From: Eledone cirrhosa
Taxonomy: Eukaryota
Length of the DNA stretch: 64,000 nucleotides
Assembly: GCA_964016885.1 (NCBI GenBank)
Contig: OZ024743.1
Span: 166,656,001-166,720,000, forward strand
Direction: 5' to 3'
A program made the position numbers and the translations under genes. The notes under the pieces are model-generated. The model was not told the DNA's origin. It was given only the letters and a program-made list of their open reading frames with translations, and searched no databases. Shown one piece after another: positions 1-19,010 of the stretch. Position 1 is the stretch's first letter. Each line of letters begins with the position of its first letter.

Positions 1-157
1 TTCATCTCTGAACGACATTGCTAAACGTACAGTTCAATTTTTGAAAACTCGATCTGAACAACAGATTCAAAATAAATTAAAGCAAATCGAAATTGCTTAT
101 AAATTAATCAATAAACATTTGGATAAACTACGGTGTGTTTTCTCTTCGAATGCTGTC

Positions 158-243
158 CAGCAGCAACAGCAGCTACAACAGCAACAACAACAACAACAAC
201 AACATCAACAACATCAACAACAACAACAACAACGACAACAACA
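158..243 (+). repeat. (CAG/CAA)n trinucleotide microsatellite
   Basis: Run of cagcaacag...caacaacaa; produces the poly-Q in ORF 41..331. Confidence 0.85.
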
Positions 244-570
244 GTGTGAACCACTCCTTGATTCATCAACAATGGCCGATCTACTAAATGAAACTATTGA
301 CCCCCCCAGTAGCCTCCGTCTCACAGCATGAAACGCCACATCCTTTCTCTGGCCCAGCAGTCCAATCATCACCACTGCCAACATCTCTGCCTACTACTAC
401 TACTACAACATTTTTGTCTACTGCTATGTCAAGGAATTTACCTTCTAATACCAGTACAAGAACTCTCCCTCCCACAGTCCACAAAGGTCAAATCCTACCC
501 AAACCATCATCTACACCTCTCACAACACACACACCCACCCACTCGAAACCCCATCATTTGCCGCTACTCT

Positions 571-1555
571 CTACGCTATAGAATATGTACGGATAGTGGC
601 TGCAAATTCACTGTTTGCGGAGACATATCCGGGTGTGGGTGGTTTGTCCGGGATTACTTGGAGGGATTTGTCCAAAGACTTCTTGAATTTTGTGTGGTCA
701 GTTTCTGTTTTGACGTGTCCTGGTGTGATGTTGAAGAGAGCAGGGCCGATTGAGGTGAAATAATTGTGCCGTATTGTTGTTATGAGTTGCGATTTAGATT
801 TTTGAATGGGATGGATAGCACGGGGCCCAAGCCTTGGGTGTATCTTGAAGGCGATGCCAACATCATTTGGGCAGTGATGATGGAACATTTTCCACATCAT
901 GCAGATAATATAACGCTCACGGCGACGTTGGAGTGAGTAAAGTTTCAGGTTTTCTAATCGACCCCAGTAGTCAAGGTCTGACATGCCATCTATCTTTTTC
1001 GTGATTGCCCTTTGAGGAGCTTCAAGTTTCATGATACTTTGTTTCGTGTGGGGAGACCACAGTGGACAACAGTATTCAAGGTGTGGTCGGGCGAAAGTAG
1101 AGAAGAGAAGGATAATGGTGCGGGAATCTCTCGACTGGAAGGTTCTGGGGATCCAGGAACACATTCTGCGGGCCATGTCAACTTTGCTGCTTATATGCGT
1201 GGTCCAGCTTATGTTGCTGTCCACGGTTACTCCCAAGTCTCTGATGTTGTTAGATGCCACGAGAGTTTCCCCGGAGGGAAGGGAGTACGGGAGTTTCAGA
1301 GCATCCTCTTTCAAAGTGGATCAGTTCGAATTTGTCTTCGTTCAGTAACATGTTCTTTTCTACCCATTGGGTAACAGCCAGTAGGTCTGACTGAAGGCTT
1401 ATCCGGTCATCCACTCCATTGATGACCTTTTGGAGCTTGGAATCATCAGCGAAAATTTTAATGTTGCTGTGTTTGATGATGTCAGTGATGTCATTAATAT
1501 AGATGATGAAGAGAAGTGGGCCCAACACAGTGCCTTGTGGGACCCCACTACTGAC
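571..1555 (-). mobile_element. 5'-truncated non-LTR retrotransposon (CR1/L2/Jockey-group-like) RT and C-terminal region, frameshifted
   Basis: [20 protein letters not shown] and [10 protein letters not shown] motifs at the end of ORF 1250..3934, continued in 571..1314 by IRDLGVTVDS, RPHLEYCCPLWSP and LYSLQRRRER. Clade assignment is by recollection of motifs. Confidence 0.88.
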
Positions 1556-1617
1556 TATATATATATACATACATATATATACATATATATATATACATAC
1601 ATATATATATACATACA

Positions 1618-1648
<31 letters not shown>

Positions 1649-1970
1649 GTATACATACATACATATATACATACATACATATACATACACATATATATAT
1701 ACACACATACATATATATATACATACATATATATATACATATATATATACACACATATATATATACACATATATATATATACATATATATATATATACAT
1801 ATATACATATACACATATATATACATATATACATATACATATACACATATACATATATATATATATACATATATATATATACATATATATATACACAAAT
1901 ATATATACACATATATATATACATATATACATATATATATATACATATATATATACATATATATATATAC

Positions 1971-2017
<47 letters not shown>

Positions 2018-2230
2018 CATATATATATATACATATATATATATACATATATACATATATACATATACATATATATATATATACATATACATATATACAT
2101 ATATACATATACATATATATATATATACATACATATACATATATATATATACATATACATATATATACATATATACATATATATATATACATATACATAT
2201 ATATACATATATACATATATATATATATAC

Positions 2231-2277
<47 letters not shown>

Positions 2278-2527
2278 CATATATATATATACATATATAT
2301 ATATACATATATATATACATATATATATATACATATATATATACATATATATATATAAATATATATATACATATATATATATACATATATATATACATAT
2401 ATATATATACATATATATATATACATATATATATACATATATATATACATATATATATACATATATATATACATATATATATACATATATATATACATAT
2501 ATATATACATATATATATACATACATA

Positions 2528-2561
<34 letters not shown>

Positions 2562-2587
2562 CATACATATATATATATACATACATA

Positions 2588-2623
<36 letters not shown>

Positions 2624-2773
2624 CATACATATATATATATACATATATACATATACATATATACATATATACATACATACATATATATATACATATATAT
2701 ATATATACATATATATATATACATACATATATATATACATATATATATATATACATATATATATATACATACA

Positions 2774-2833
<60 letters not shown>

Positions 2834-2863
2834 CATATATATATACATATATATATATACATA

Positions 2864-2918
<55 letters not shown>

Positions 2919-3010
2919 ACATACATATATATATATACATATATATATACACATATATATATATACACATATATATATATATATACACATATATATATAC
3001 ATATATATAC

Positions 3011-3041
<31 letters not shown>

Positions 3042-3074
3042 CATATACATATACATATACATATATATATATAC

Positions 3075-3121
<47 letters not shown>

Positions 3122-3132
3122 CATATATATAC

Positions 3133-3163
<31 letters not shown>

Positions 3164-3174
3164 CATATATATAC

Positions 3175-3219
<45 letters not shown>

Positions 3220-3244
3220 CATATATATATATACATATATATAC

Positions 3245-3275
<31 letters not shown>

Positions 3276-3916
3276 CATATATACATATATATATATACAT
3301 ATATATATATACATATATATATATACATATATATATATACATATATATATACACATATATATACACATATATATACATATATATATATACATATATATAT
3401 ATACACATATATATATATACACATATATATATATATACACATATATATACACACATATATATATACATATATATATACACACATATATATATACATATAT
3501 ATATACACATATATATATACACATATATATATACACATATATACACATATATATATACACATATATATATACACATATATATACATATACATATATATAT
3601 ATACACACATATATATACATATACATATATATACATATATATATATATACATACATATATACATATATATATATATACATATACACATATATATATATAC
3701 ATATACATATACATATATATATACATATACATATATACATATACATATACATATATATATATATACATATACATATATATATATATACATATACATATAT
3801 ATATACATATACACACATATATATACATATACACACATATATATACATATACATATATATACATATATATATATATACATATATATACATATACATACAT
3901 ACATACATATATATAC

Positions 3917-3947
<31 letters not shown>

Positions 3948-4730
3948 CATATATATCTATATACATATATCTATATACATATATCTATATACATATATCT
4001 ATATACATATATCTATATACATATATCTATATACATATATCTATATACATATATCTATATATACATATATCTATATACATATATCTATATACACATATAT
4101 CTATATACATATATCTATATACATATATCTATATACATATATCTATACACATATATCTATATACATATATCTATATATACATATATCTATATATACATAT
4201 ATCTATATATACATATATCTATATATACATATATCTATATATACATATATCTATATATACATATATCTATATATACATATATCTATATATACATATATCT
4301 ATATATACATATATCTATATATACATATATCTATATATACATATATCTATATATACATATATCTATATATACATATATCTATATATACATATATCTATAT
4401 ATACATATATCTATATATACATATATCTATATACATATATCTATATACATATATCTATATACATATATCTATATGAATATACATATATACATATATCTAT
4501 ATACATATATCTATATACATATACATATACACATATACATATACATATATATATACATATATATATATATACATATACATATACATATATATATACATAT
4601 ATATATATATACATATACATATACATATATATATACATATATATATATATACATATACATATACATATATATATACATATATATATATATACATATACAT
4701 ATACACATATACATATACATATATATATAC

Positions 4731-4787
<57 letters not shown>

Positions 4788-5278
4788 CATATATATATAC
4801 ATATATATATATACATATATACATATATATATATACATATATATATACATATATATATACATATATATATACATATATATATACATATATATATATATAC
4901 ATATATATACATATATATATACACATATATATATACACATATATATATACACATATATATATACACATATATATATACACATATATATATATACATATAT
5001 ATATATACATATATATATACATATATATATACATATATATATATACATATATATATACACATATATATATACACATATATATACACACATATATATACAC
5101 ACATATACATATATATATATACATATATATATACATATATATATATACATATATATATACACATATATATATACACATATATATACACACATATATATAC
5201 ACATATATATACATATATATATATACATATATATATATACATATATATATATACATATATATATATACATATATATAC

Positions 5279-5309
<31 letters not shown>

Positions 5310-5408
5310 CATATATATATATACATATATATATATACATATATATACATATATATATATACATATATATACATATATATATACATATATATATATACAT
5401 ATATATAC

Positions 5409-5443
<35 letters not shown>

Positions 5444-5638
5444 CATATATATACATATATATATATATATACATATATATACATATATATATATACATAT
5501 ATATATACACATATATATATACATATATACATATATATATACATATATACATATATATATACACATATATATATACATATATATGTGTATATATACATAT
5601 ATACATATATATATACACATATATATATACATATATAT
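1556..5638. repeat. Compound (TA)n/(TACA)n microsatellite array, with an ATCT-containing 14-16 bp sub-array at about 3955-4515
   Basis: Seen directly; source of the spurious YI-rich ORFs. Confidence 0.97.
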
Positions 5639-6228
5639 GGTGGCTGCCAACTCGTTTTCGAGTACGGCCACTACTTTATATCCATGTAGGAGAACCCCTA
5701 CCGATGCGCTGAACGAGTGTGACTTTTTAGTCGAGCCAGCGACTTGAAAACTCTGGTACAAACACTACACTTGTGACAATTACTGACACATAGTGCTGGG
5801 CCCATGGTACCATGTGACGACAAGTGCAGAGAGATCTCCAGATATAAAGCAATGCCTGTGCCGTGAAGCTTTTATAGTGAGCAAAGGCACTGCACAAAGC
5901 CAGTCCCACTCTCTTAACCAAGATGATATTTACCAAAAAGAAGAACAAGTCAACATCATTGGATACCATCAGGGTTGCAGGTGTTATATCAGAGTTTTCC
6001 TTCTCCTAGAATTCTGCCTTGACAAAGGCTAAGGGGTCATCTCTCCCGGTGATTTTGGATGGCCATTGACTCTTAAGAGCTCCTTTGCCCTTTGACAGGT
6101 TTTGTTTTTAGTCCTGCAGGATGTCCAAAGTCACCCTCCTCACCAAGAAACCTTGGTGGGGTTGCCAGTTTAGTCGCCAACGACCCGACCATGGGACAGG
6201 TTGTACTGGGATACATGTTACCAGTAGC
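5639..6228 (-). mobile_element. Non-autonomous bipartite RTE-LINE derivative, copy 1 (RTE-like 5' UTR joined to RTE 3' end)
   Basis: Minus strand has the RTE 5'UTR-like motif ctaggagaaggaaaactctga, then a C2H2 finger remnant [23 protein letters not shown] (stop at 5698-5700) and a short 3' UTR with ctcgaaaacgag running into TA repeats. Near-identical copy at 8697-9304. Confidence 0.75.
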
Positions 6229-8696
<2,468 letters not shown>

Positions 8697-9304
8697 GGTG
8701 GCTGCCAACTCGTTTTCGAGTACGGCCACTACTTTATATCCATGTAGGAGAACCCCTACCAATGCGCTGAACGAGTGCGACTTTTTAGTCCACCCAGCGA
8801 CTTGAAAACTCTGGTACAAACACTACACCTGTGACAATTATTGACATATAGTGCTGGGCCCATGGTACCATGTGACGACAAGTGCAGAGAGATCTCCAGA
8901 TATAAAGCAATGCCTGTGCTGTGAAGCTTTTATAGTGAGCAAAGGCACTGCACAAAGCCAGTCCCACTCTCTTAACCAAGATGATATTTACCAAAAAGAA
9001 GAACAATTCAACATCATTGGATACCATCAGGCTTGCAGGTGTTATATCAGAGTTTTCCTTCTCCTAGAATTCTGCCTTGACAAAGGCTAAGGGGTCATCT
9101 CTCCCGGTGATTTTGGATGGCTATTGACTCTTAAGAGCCTCTTTGCCTTTTGACAGGTTTTGTTTTTAGTCCTGCAGGATGTCCAAAGCCACCCTCCTCA
9201 CCAAGAAACCTTGGTGGGGTTGCCAGTTTAGTCGCCAACGACCCGACCATGAGACAGGTTGTACTGGGATACATGTTACCAGTAGCACCAACTGGTGACC
9301 TGAC
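8697..9304 (-). mobile_element. Non-autonomous bipartite RTE-LINE derivative, copy 2
   Basis: Aligns end to end with 5639-6228 with scattered substitutions; about 15 bp longer at its 5' end; first finger His codon changed to Arg. Confidence 0.75.
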
Positions 9305-9746
9305 ATATATATATATACATATACATATATATACATATATATACATATACATATATATACATACATATATATACATATATATATATACATATATATACAT
9401 ACATATATATACATATATATATATACATATATATATATACATATACATATATACATATACATATATACATATACATATATATATATACATATATATATAT
9501 ACATATATATATACATATATATATATACATATATATACATACATATATATACATATATATATATACATATATATACATACATATACATATATATATATAC
9601 ATATATATACATATATATATATACATATATATACATATATATACATATATACATATACATATACATATATATATATATACACACATATATATATATACAT
9701 ATATATATACATACATATATATATATATATACACATATATATATAT
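9305..9746. repeat. (TA)n/(TACA)n microsatellite array
   Basis: Seen directly. Confidence 0.95.
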
Positions 9747-9965
9747 GTGAAGGCGTGTGGCTGAGTGGTTAGAGAATTGGATTCGCAATCGTAAGGTTGC
9801 GAGTTCGATTCCTGGACCAGGCGATGCGTTATGTCCTTGAGCAAGACACTTTATTTCACGTTGCTCCTTCTACCTGGAGTTGCGACCGATAGATAGTATT
9901 CGCAATTGGAAAGACCAACGGAAACATTGTTCCCTCGGTCCGATTTGACAAAAGTCGATCGTCCT
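9747..9965 (+). mobile_element. tRNA-derived SINE with CORE-like central motif
   Basis: Pol III A box tggctgagtgg, B box gagttcgattcc, then tgtccttgagcaagacacttta resembling the CORE-SINE motif. Confidence 0.75.
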
Positions 9966-10212
9966 TATATACACATATACACATATATATATATACACAT
10001 ATATATATATATACACATATATATATATGCACATATATATATATGCACATATATATATGCACATATATACATATACACATATATATATACACACATATAT
10101 ATATATACACACATATATATATATATATACACACATATATATATATACACATATATATATATACACGTATATACATATACATACACATATATATATATAT
10201 ATATACACACAC

Positions 10213-10245
<33 letters not shown>

Positions 10246-10384
10246 CACACACACATATATATATATACACACACACACATATATATATATATACACATAT
10301 ATATATATATATATACACACACACATATATATATATATACACATATATATATATATATACACACACATATGTACATATACATAC

Positions 10385-10417
<33 letters not shown>

Positions 10418-11209
10418 TATATACATATATACACACATATATACATATATACACACATATATACATATATATACACATATATACACATATATACATATAT
10501 ATATACATATATATACACATATATATACACATATATACATATATATACACATATATACATATATATACACATATATACATACATATATATACACACATAT
10601 ATATACACATATGCATATACATATATATACACATATGCATATACATATATATACACATATGCATATACATATATATACACATATGCATATACATACATAT
10701 ACATATATATACATATATGCATATACATATATATACACATATGCATATACATATATATACATATACATACACATACACATATGCATATACATACACATAT
10801 ATATACATATATATATACACATATATATACACATATATATACATATATATATATACACATATATATACACATATATATACACATATATATACACATATAT
10901 ATACATATATATACACATATATACACACATATATATACACATATATATACATATATATATACATATATATATACACATATATATACACATATATATACAC
11001 ATATATATACACACATATATATACACACATATATATACACACATATATATACACACATATATACACATATATACATATATATATACATATATATACATAT
11101 ATATATACATATATATACATATATATATACATATACACATATATATATACATATACACATATATATATACATATACACATATATATATACACATACATAT
11201 ATATATACA
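9966..11209. repeat. (TA)n/(CA)n compound microsatellite
   Basis: Seen directly; includes a TATGCATA-containing sub-array at about 10610-10790. Confidence 0.95.
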
Positions 11210-11559
11210 CACCCCGTCCCACCACCACCACCCTCACCCCATCCACACCACCCCGTTCTATGTAAAGTTATGTTGGTGCCGCGCCATCGAGGCCGAAACA
11301 AATGAGATCGTGTAGGTGTCACGACAAAAAAACACACAGTCCACGCTGTAATGTGGCCGTGTAGGCAACACGGTAAAAACCTCCCAGACCCACACTGTAA
11401 ATGTGGTTGGTGTTAGGAAGGGCATCCAACTGTAGAAAACCTGCCAGACAGTCAACTGCGAGCAAGACAATCACTCTTGCCTCAAGTGGGACTACCCCCG
11501 TCCAAACCCATGCAAGCGTGGAACACGGACGTTAAACGTTGATGATGATGATGATGATG
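11206..11559 (+). mobile_element. RTE LINE 3' UTR fragment with (TGA)n tail
   Basis: Matches 29837-30176, the 3' UTR of the long RTE; ends ggacgttaaacgttgatgatga. Confidence 0.88.
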
Positions 11560-11915
11560 ATATACATATATATACACATATACATATATATACACATATA
11601 CATATATATACACATATACATATATACATATATACACATACATATATATGTATATATATATGTATATATATATGTGTATATGTGTATGTATATGTATGTG
11701 TATATATACACATACATATACATACACATATACACATATATATATACACATATATATATACACATATATACATATATATATATACATATATGTGTATATG
11801 TGTATGTATATGTATGTGTATATATACACATACATATACATACACATATACACATATATATATACACATATATATATACACATATATACATATATATATA
11901 TACATATATATATAC

Positions 11916-11946
<31 letters not shown>

Positions 11947-12431
11947 CATATATATATACATACATATATATATACATATATATATACATATATATACATA
12001 TATATATACATATATATATATACATATATATATATACACATATATATAAACACATATATATACACATATATATATACACATATATATATACACATATATA
12101 TATACACATATATATATACATATATATATATACATATATATATAAACATATATATATACATATATATATATACATATATATATAAACATATATATATATA
12201 CATATATATATAAACATATATATATATACATATATATATATACATATATATATAAACATATATATATATACATATATATATAAACATATATATATATACA
12301 TATATATATAAACATATATATATAAACATATATATATATACATATATATATATATAAACATATATATATATACATATACATATATATATATATATATATA
12401 CATATATATATACATATATACATATATATAC

Positions 12432-12468
<37 letters not shown>

Positions 12469-13485
12469 CATATATATACATATATATATATATACATATA
12501 TACATATATACATATATACATATATACATATATATATACATATATACATATATACATATATATATACATATATACATATATATATACATATATACATATA
12601 TACATATATACATATATATATACATATATATATACATATATATATATACACATATATATATACACATATATATATACACATATATATATACACATATATA
12701 TATATACATATATATATATACATATATATATATACATATATATATATATACATATATATATACATATATATATATATATACATATATATACATACATATA
12801 TATATACATATATATACATATACATATACATATATATACATATACATATACATATACATATATATACATATATATACATATACATATATATACATATATA
12901 TACATATACATATATATACATATATATACATATACATATATATACATATATATACATATACATATATATATATATACATATACATATATATATACATATA
13001 TATACATATACATATATATATACATATACATATATATATACATATATATACATATACATATATATATACATATATATACATATACATATATATATACATA
13101 TATATACATATACATATATATATACATATATATACATATACATATATATATACATATATATACATATACATATATATATACATATATATACATATACATA
13201 TATATATACATATATATATATACATATATATATACATATATATATATACATATATATATACATATATATATACATATATATATACACATATATATATACA
13301 TATATATATACACATATATATATACATATATATACATATACACATATATACATATACATATATATATACATATATATACATATATATATACATATATATA
13401 CATATACATATATATATACATATATATACACATATATATACATATTACATATACATATATATATATACATATACATATACATATA

Positions 13486-13518
<33 letters not shown>

Positions 13519-13687
13519 ACATATATATATATACATATACACATATATATATATATACATATACACATATATATACATATACACATATATATATATACAT
13601 ATACATATATATATATACATATATAAATATACATATATATATATACATATACACATATACATATATATATATACATATATATACACA
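11560..13687. repeat. (TA)n/(TACA)n microsatellite array
   Basis: Seen directly. Confidence 0.96.
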
Positions 13688-14237
13688 TAAAGTGCAGGGC
13701 AATAAAGATAGACGGTAGTCACGGAATAGGCAGACCTAGAAAAACCTGGGACGAGCTGATAAACTCCGACATCACACACTTACACCTCTCCAAGACAATG
13801 TCACTGGACCGAGACCTTTGGCGGTACTCAGTAACAGAGAAGACCCGCCTTACCTAAATATATAGTAAAACCTACTCCAGCCAGTAGGCATCTCTAACAA
13901 AATACACCCCGTCCCACCACCACCACCCCATCCACACCACCCCGTTCTATGTAAATTATGTTGGTGCCGCGCCATCCAGGCCGAAACAAATGAGATCGTG
14001 TAGGTGTCACGACAAAAAAACACAGTCCACGCTGTAATGTGGCCGTGTAGGCAACACGGTAAAAACCTCCCAGACCCACACTGTAAATGTGGTTGGTGTT
14101 AGAAAGGGCATCCAACTGTAGAAAACCTGCCAGACAGTCCAATGCGAGCAAGACAATCACTCTTGCCTCAAGTGGGACTACCCCCGTCCAAACCCATGCA
14201 AGCGTGGAACACGGACGTTAAACGTTGATGATGATGA
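13688..14237 (+). mobile_element. 5'-truncated RTE LINE (last codons of ORF, 3' UTR, (TGA)n tail)
   Basis: [11 protein letters not shown] coding remnant and 3' UTR matching 29625-30176. Confidence 0.9.
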
Positions 14238-15044
14238 TATATATACATATATATACACATATGTATATACACATGTATATACACATGTATATACACATGT
14301 ATATACATATATATACACATATATATATACACATATATACATACACATATATACATACACATATATACATACACATATATACATACACATATATACACAC
14401 ATATATACACACATATATATATACATATATATATACATACACATATATACATACACATATATACACACATATATACACACATATATATATACATATATAT
14501 ATACATATATATATACATATATATATACATATATATATACATATATATATACATATACATATATATATACATATATATATACATATACATATATATATAC
14601 ATATATATATACATATACATATATATATACATATACATATACATATATATATACATATACATATATATATACATATACATATACATATATATATACATAT
14701 ACATATATATATACATATATATATACATATATATATACATATACATATATACATATATATACACATATACATATATATACACATATATATACATATATAC
14801 ATATATATACATATATATACACATATATACACATATATATATACATATATATATACATATATACATATATATACACATATATATACACATATATATACAT
14901 ATATATACACATATATATACACATATATATACATATATATATACATATATATATACATATATATATACATATATATATACATATATATATACATATATAT
15001 ATACATATATATATACATATATATATACATATACATATACATAT

Positions 15045-15075
<31 letters not shown>

Positions 15076-17097
15076 CATATATATATACATATATATACAT
15101 ATATATATATACATATATATACACATATATATATACATATATATATATACATATATATACACATATATATACATATATATACACATATATATACATATAT
15201 ATACATACATATATATACATATATATATATACATATATATACATATATATATATACATATATATACATATATATATATACATATATATACATATATATAT
15301 ATACATATATATACATATATATATATACATATATATACATATATATATATACATATATATACATATATATATATACATATATATACATATATATATATAC
15401 ATATATATACATATATATATATACATATATATACATATATATATATACATATATATACATATATATACATATATATACATATATATACATATATATACAT
15501 ATATATACACATATATATACATATATATATACATATACACATATATATATACATATACACATATATATATACATATACACATATATATATATACATATAC
15601 ACATATATATATATACATATACACATATATATATATACATATACACATATATATATATACATATACATACACATATATACATATACATACACATATATAC
15701 ATATACATACACATATATATATACATATACACACATATATATATACATATACACACATATATATATACACATATATATACACATATATATATACACATAT
15801 ATATATATACACATATATATATATACACATATATATATACACATATATATATACACACACATATATATATACACACACATATATATATACATACACATAT
15901 ATATATATACATACACATATATATATATACATACACATATATATATACATACACATATATATATACATACACATATATATATACATACACATATATATAT
16001 ACATACACATATATATCTACATACACATATATATCTACATACACATATATATACATACACATATATATACATACACACATATATATAAACATACACACAT
16101 ATATATATACATACACACATATATATATACATACACATATATATACATACACACATATATATAAACATACACACATATATATACATACATACACACATAT
16201 ATATATACATACACATATATATATATACATACACATATATATATATACATACACATATATATATATACATACACATATATATATACATACACATATATAT
16301 ATATATACATACACATATATATATATATACATACACATATATATATATACATACACATATATATATATACATACACATATATATATATACATACACATAT
16401 ATATATATACATACACATATATATATATACATACACATATATATATATATACACATACACATATATATATATACATACACATATATATATATACATACAC
16501 ATATATATATATACACATACACATATATATATATACACATACACATATATATATATACATACACATATATATATATACATACACATATACATATATACAT
16601 ACACATATATATATATACATACACATATATATATATACATACACATATATACACATATATATACATATACATACACATATATATACATATACATACACAT
16701 ACATACACATATATATACATATACATACACATATATATACATATACATACACATACATACACATATATATACATATACATACACATACATACACATATAT
16801 ATACATATACATACACATATATATATACATATATATACATATATATATACACATATATATACACATATATATACATATATATACATATATATACACATAT
16901 ATATATACATATATATATACATATATATATACACATATATATACACATATATATACACATATATATACACATATATATATACACATATATATATACACAT
17001 ATATATATACACATATATACACATATATATATACATATATATACACACATATATACACATATATATATACATATATATACATATACATATACATATA
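14238..17097. repeat. (TA)n/(TACA)n microsatellite array
   Basis: Seen directly. Confidence 0.96.
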
Positions 17098-18401
17098 CAG
17101 GGCGTTCGGGATAAATTTGACAGAATAATATTTGGTTGTTTTTTCAGATGTTTTAAATTCATTCATGCCCACTAGGCTTTATTTGAAACTTTAAACCCTC
17201 CTTCATTCATATATGTGATGACAACGAGAATGGATGACTGGGAGCCACCTGAATCATGGAAGAGAATAACTTGTATCATGATGATTCGCGCCGGCCATCA
17301 AAATAAGGAGATTATGGTCGCTGCTCAATGCTCCCTGAACACTGTAAAAACAATCCGGCATGAACTGGAGAATTGCAATGGAGACTACGAGGCTGTGGCT
17401 AGAAGAAAGAAACATAACAGAAGATCTGATTGCTCTCGCACAGCAGAATTCATCGAAAATCTGCAGAAAAAAGTGTTGGAGGACCCAGGCATCGGAATTC
17501 GGTCTTTGTCGCGTGAATTGAATGTTTCAGCCTCTACTATGAAAATTGCACTCAATGAAGACCTTCGCTACTACTCATACAAGCGTCGCAGAGGTCAACT
17601 TCTCACAGAGAAGGCCTGCGAAAATCGTCTGACAAAGGCGAAGAAACTTCTGAGCAAAGTGAAACATCCTGCTGAAGCACAAACAATCTGGTTCTTTTCT
17701 GATGAGAAAAACTTTTGCCAAGATCAAAAACACAACACGCAGAATAACAGATGACTTGCATACAGTCCAAAGGACACTCCTCAAGTCATGCAGAGTAAAT
17801 TTTCCTAAACTGTCATGGTTTTTGGATGTGTGTGCTCCGAGGGTGATGTGATGCCTCCGCATTTTTTCAAACAGGGTCTCAGGTTGAATTCAGATGCCTA
17901 CGTGGAATTGCTAACTACTGTAGTTAAGCCCTGGATAACAAGGGTAGTCAATAATAGGCCGTATGTATGGCAGCAGGATTCGGCCCCCTCCCACACCTCG
18001 GGGAAAAGTAAAAAATGGTTGTCAGCCAATTTTTACGACTACACCAGTCCCAATGTTTGGCCTCCGAACTCCCCTGATCTTAACCCGATGGACTATTATG
18101 TACGGGGCACTGTAGAGAAAGACACCAATCGCCGTGCCAGTACTACAAAAGCCCAGTTAATCGACAGAATTAAAGTAGTTTTTGAGGGCCTTCCCAGGGA
18201 AAGTGTAAAATCAGCTTGCTCCAGGTTCCGGGCCCGGGTTGAGGCTGTAATAGACGCTAATGGCGGTTATTTTGAGTAAAACTCTTTGACAATAGTGTAA
18301 TTTCCTTGTCCATTGAATTTCTTTTAAATCAAATAAATTTTGTAGATACCAAGCACTTTCTTTTTCCTGATGAAACTGTCAAATTTATCCCGAACACCCT
18401 G
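17098..18401 (+). mobile_element. Complete Tc1/mariner DNA transposon, DD37D (maT) type
   Basis: 26-bp TIRs cagggcgttcgggataaatttgacag (17098-17123) and ctgtcaaatttatcccgaacaccctg (18376-18401) with 1 mismatch; TA on both flanks. Confidence 0.95.
17218..18279 (+). pseudogene. DD37D transposase with two in-frame stops
   Basis: FFSDEKNF, WQQDSAPSH and WPPNSPDLNPMDY; 37 residues between second and third Asp. ORFs 17215..17754 and 17815..18279 share a frame, separated by TGA (17752) and TAA (17806). Confidence 0.93.
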
Positions 18402-18701
18402 TATATACATACATATATACAGATATATAAACGAATATATATATATATATATATAAACGAATATATATATATATAAACGAATATATATATATATATATAT
18501 ATATAAACGAATGGAATATTATTATTAATATTAGAAAAGAATCAGATTACATTTATATATATAATATATTAATAAATGGAAACTATATTTTTTTTTTATT
18601 AATATATTGTGTATTTACTTCACTAAACTGTTGAGTGCTTTATATCAGTTATAAAAATGTTTAAGCTTGTTGAATCTCAACTAATTAAATATAACCTCTG
18701 C

Positions 18702-18740
<39 letters not shown>

Positions 18741-18742
18741 GA

Positions 18743-18832
18743 AGTTAGTTCACCATACCGTGAACAATTGTTTCACCTTAGCGGACGGATCGGTTAAGGT
18801 GAAACAATTGTTCTCGGTATGGTGAACTAACT
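18743..18832. repeat. Long inverted repeat (38-bp arms, 1 mismatch, 14-nt spacer)
   Basis: agttagttcaccataccgtgaacaattgtttcacctta / taaggtgaaacaattgttctcggtatggtgaactaact. Confidence 0.95.
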
Positions 18833-18932
18833 GTTGTGTTACCACTAACTCGTCCCACTGACTGAGTGCTCTACCACTACGGATATTACCTTCCAGTGTT
18901 CCACCACTATATATATATATATATAGTGGTGG

Positions 18933-18970
<38 letters not shown>

Positions 18971-19010
18971 TCAAAATATTAACAAATATAGACATTCGTG
19001 TGATCAAGTA

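Noticed and set aside
41-581. Poly-Q and Thr/Pro-rich ORFs as a host gene
   Set aside because: Driven by CAA and ACT repeats; no recognisable domain or splice evidence; truncated by the window edge.
9747-9830. tRNA gene
   Set aside because: Has A and B boxes but no convincing acceptor stem and continues into a SINE body.
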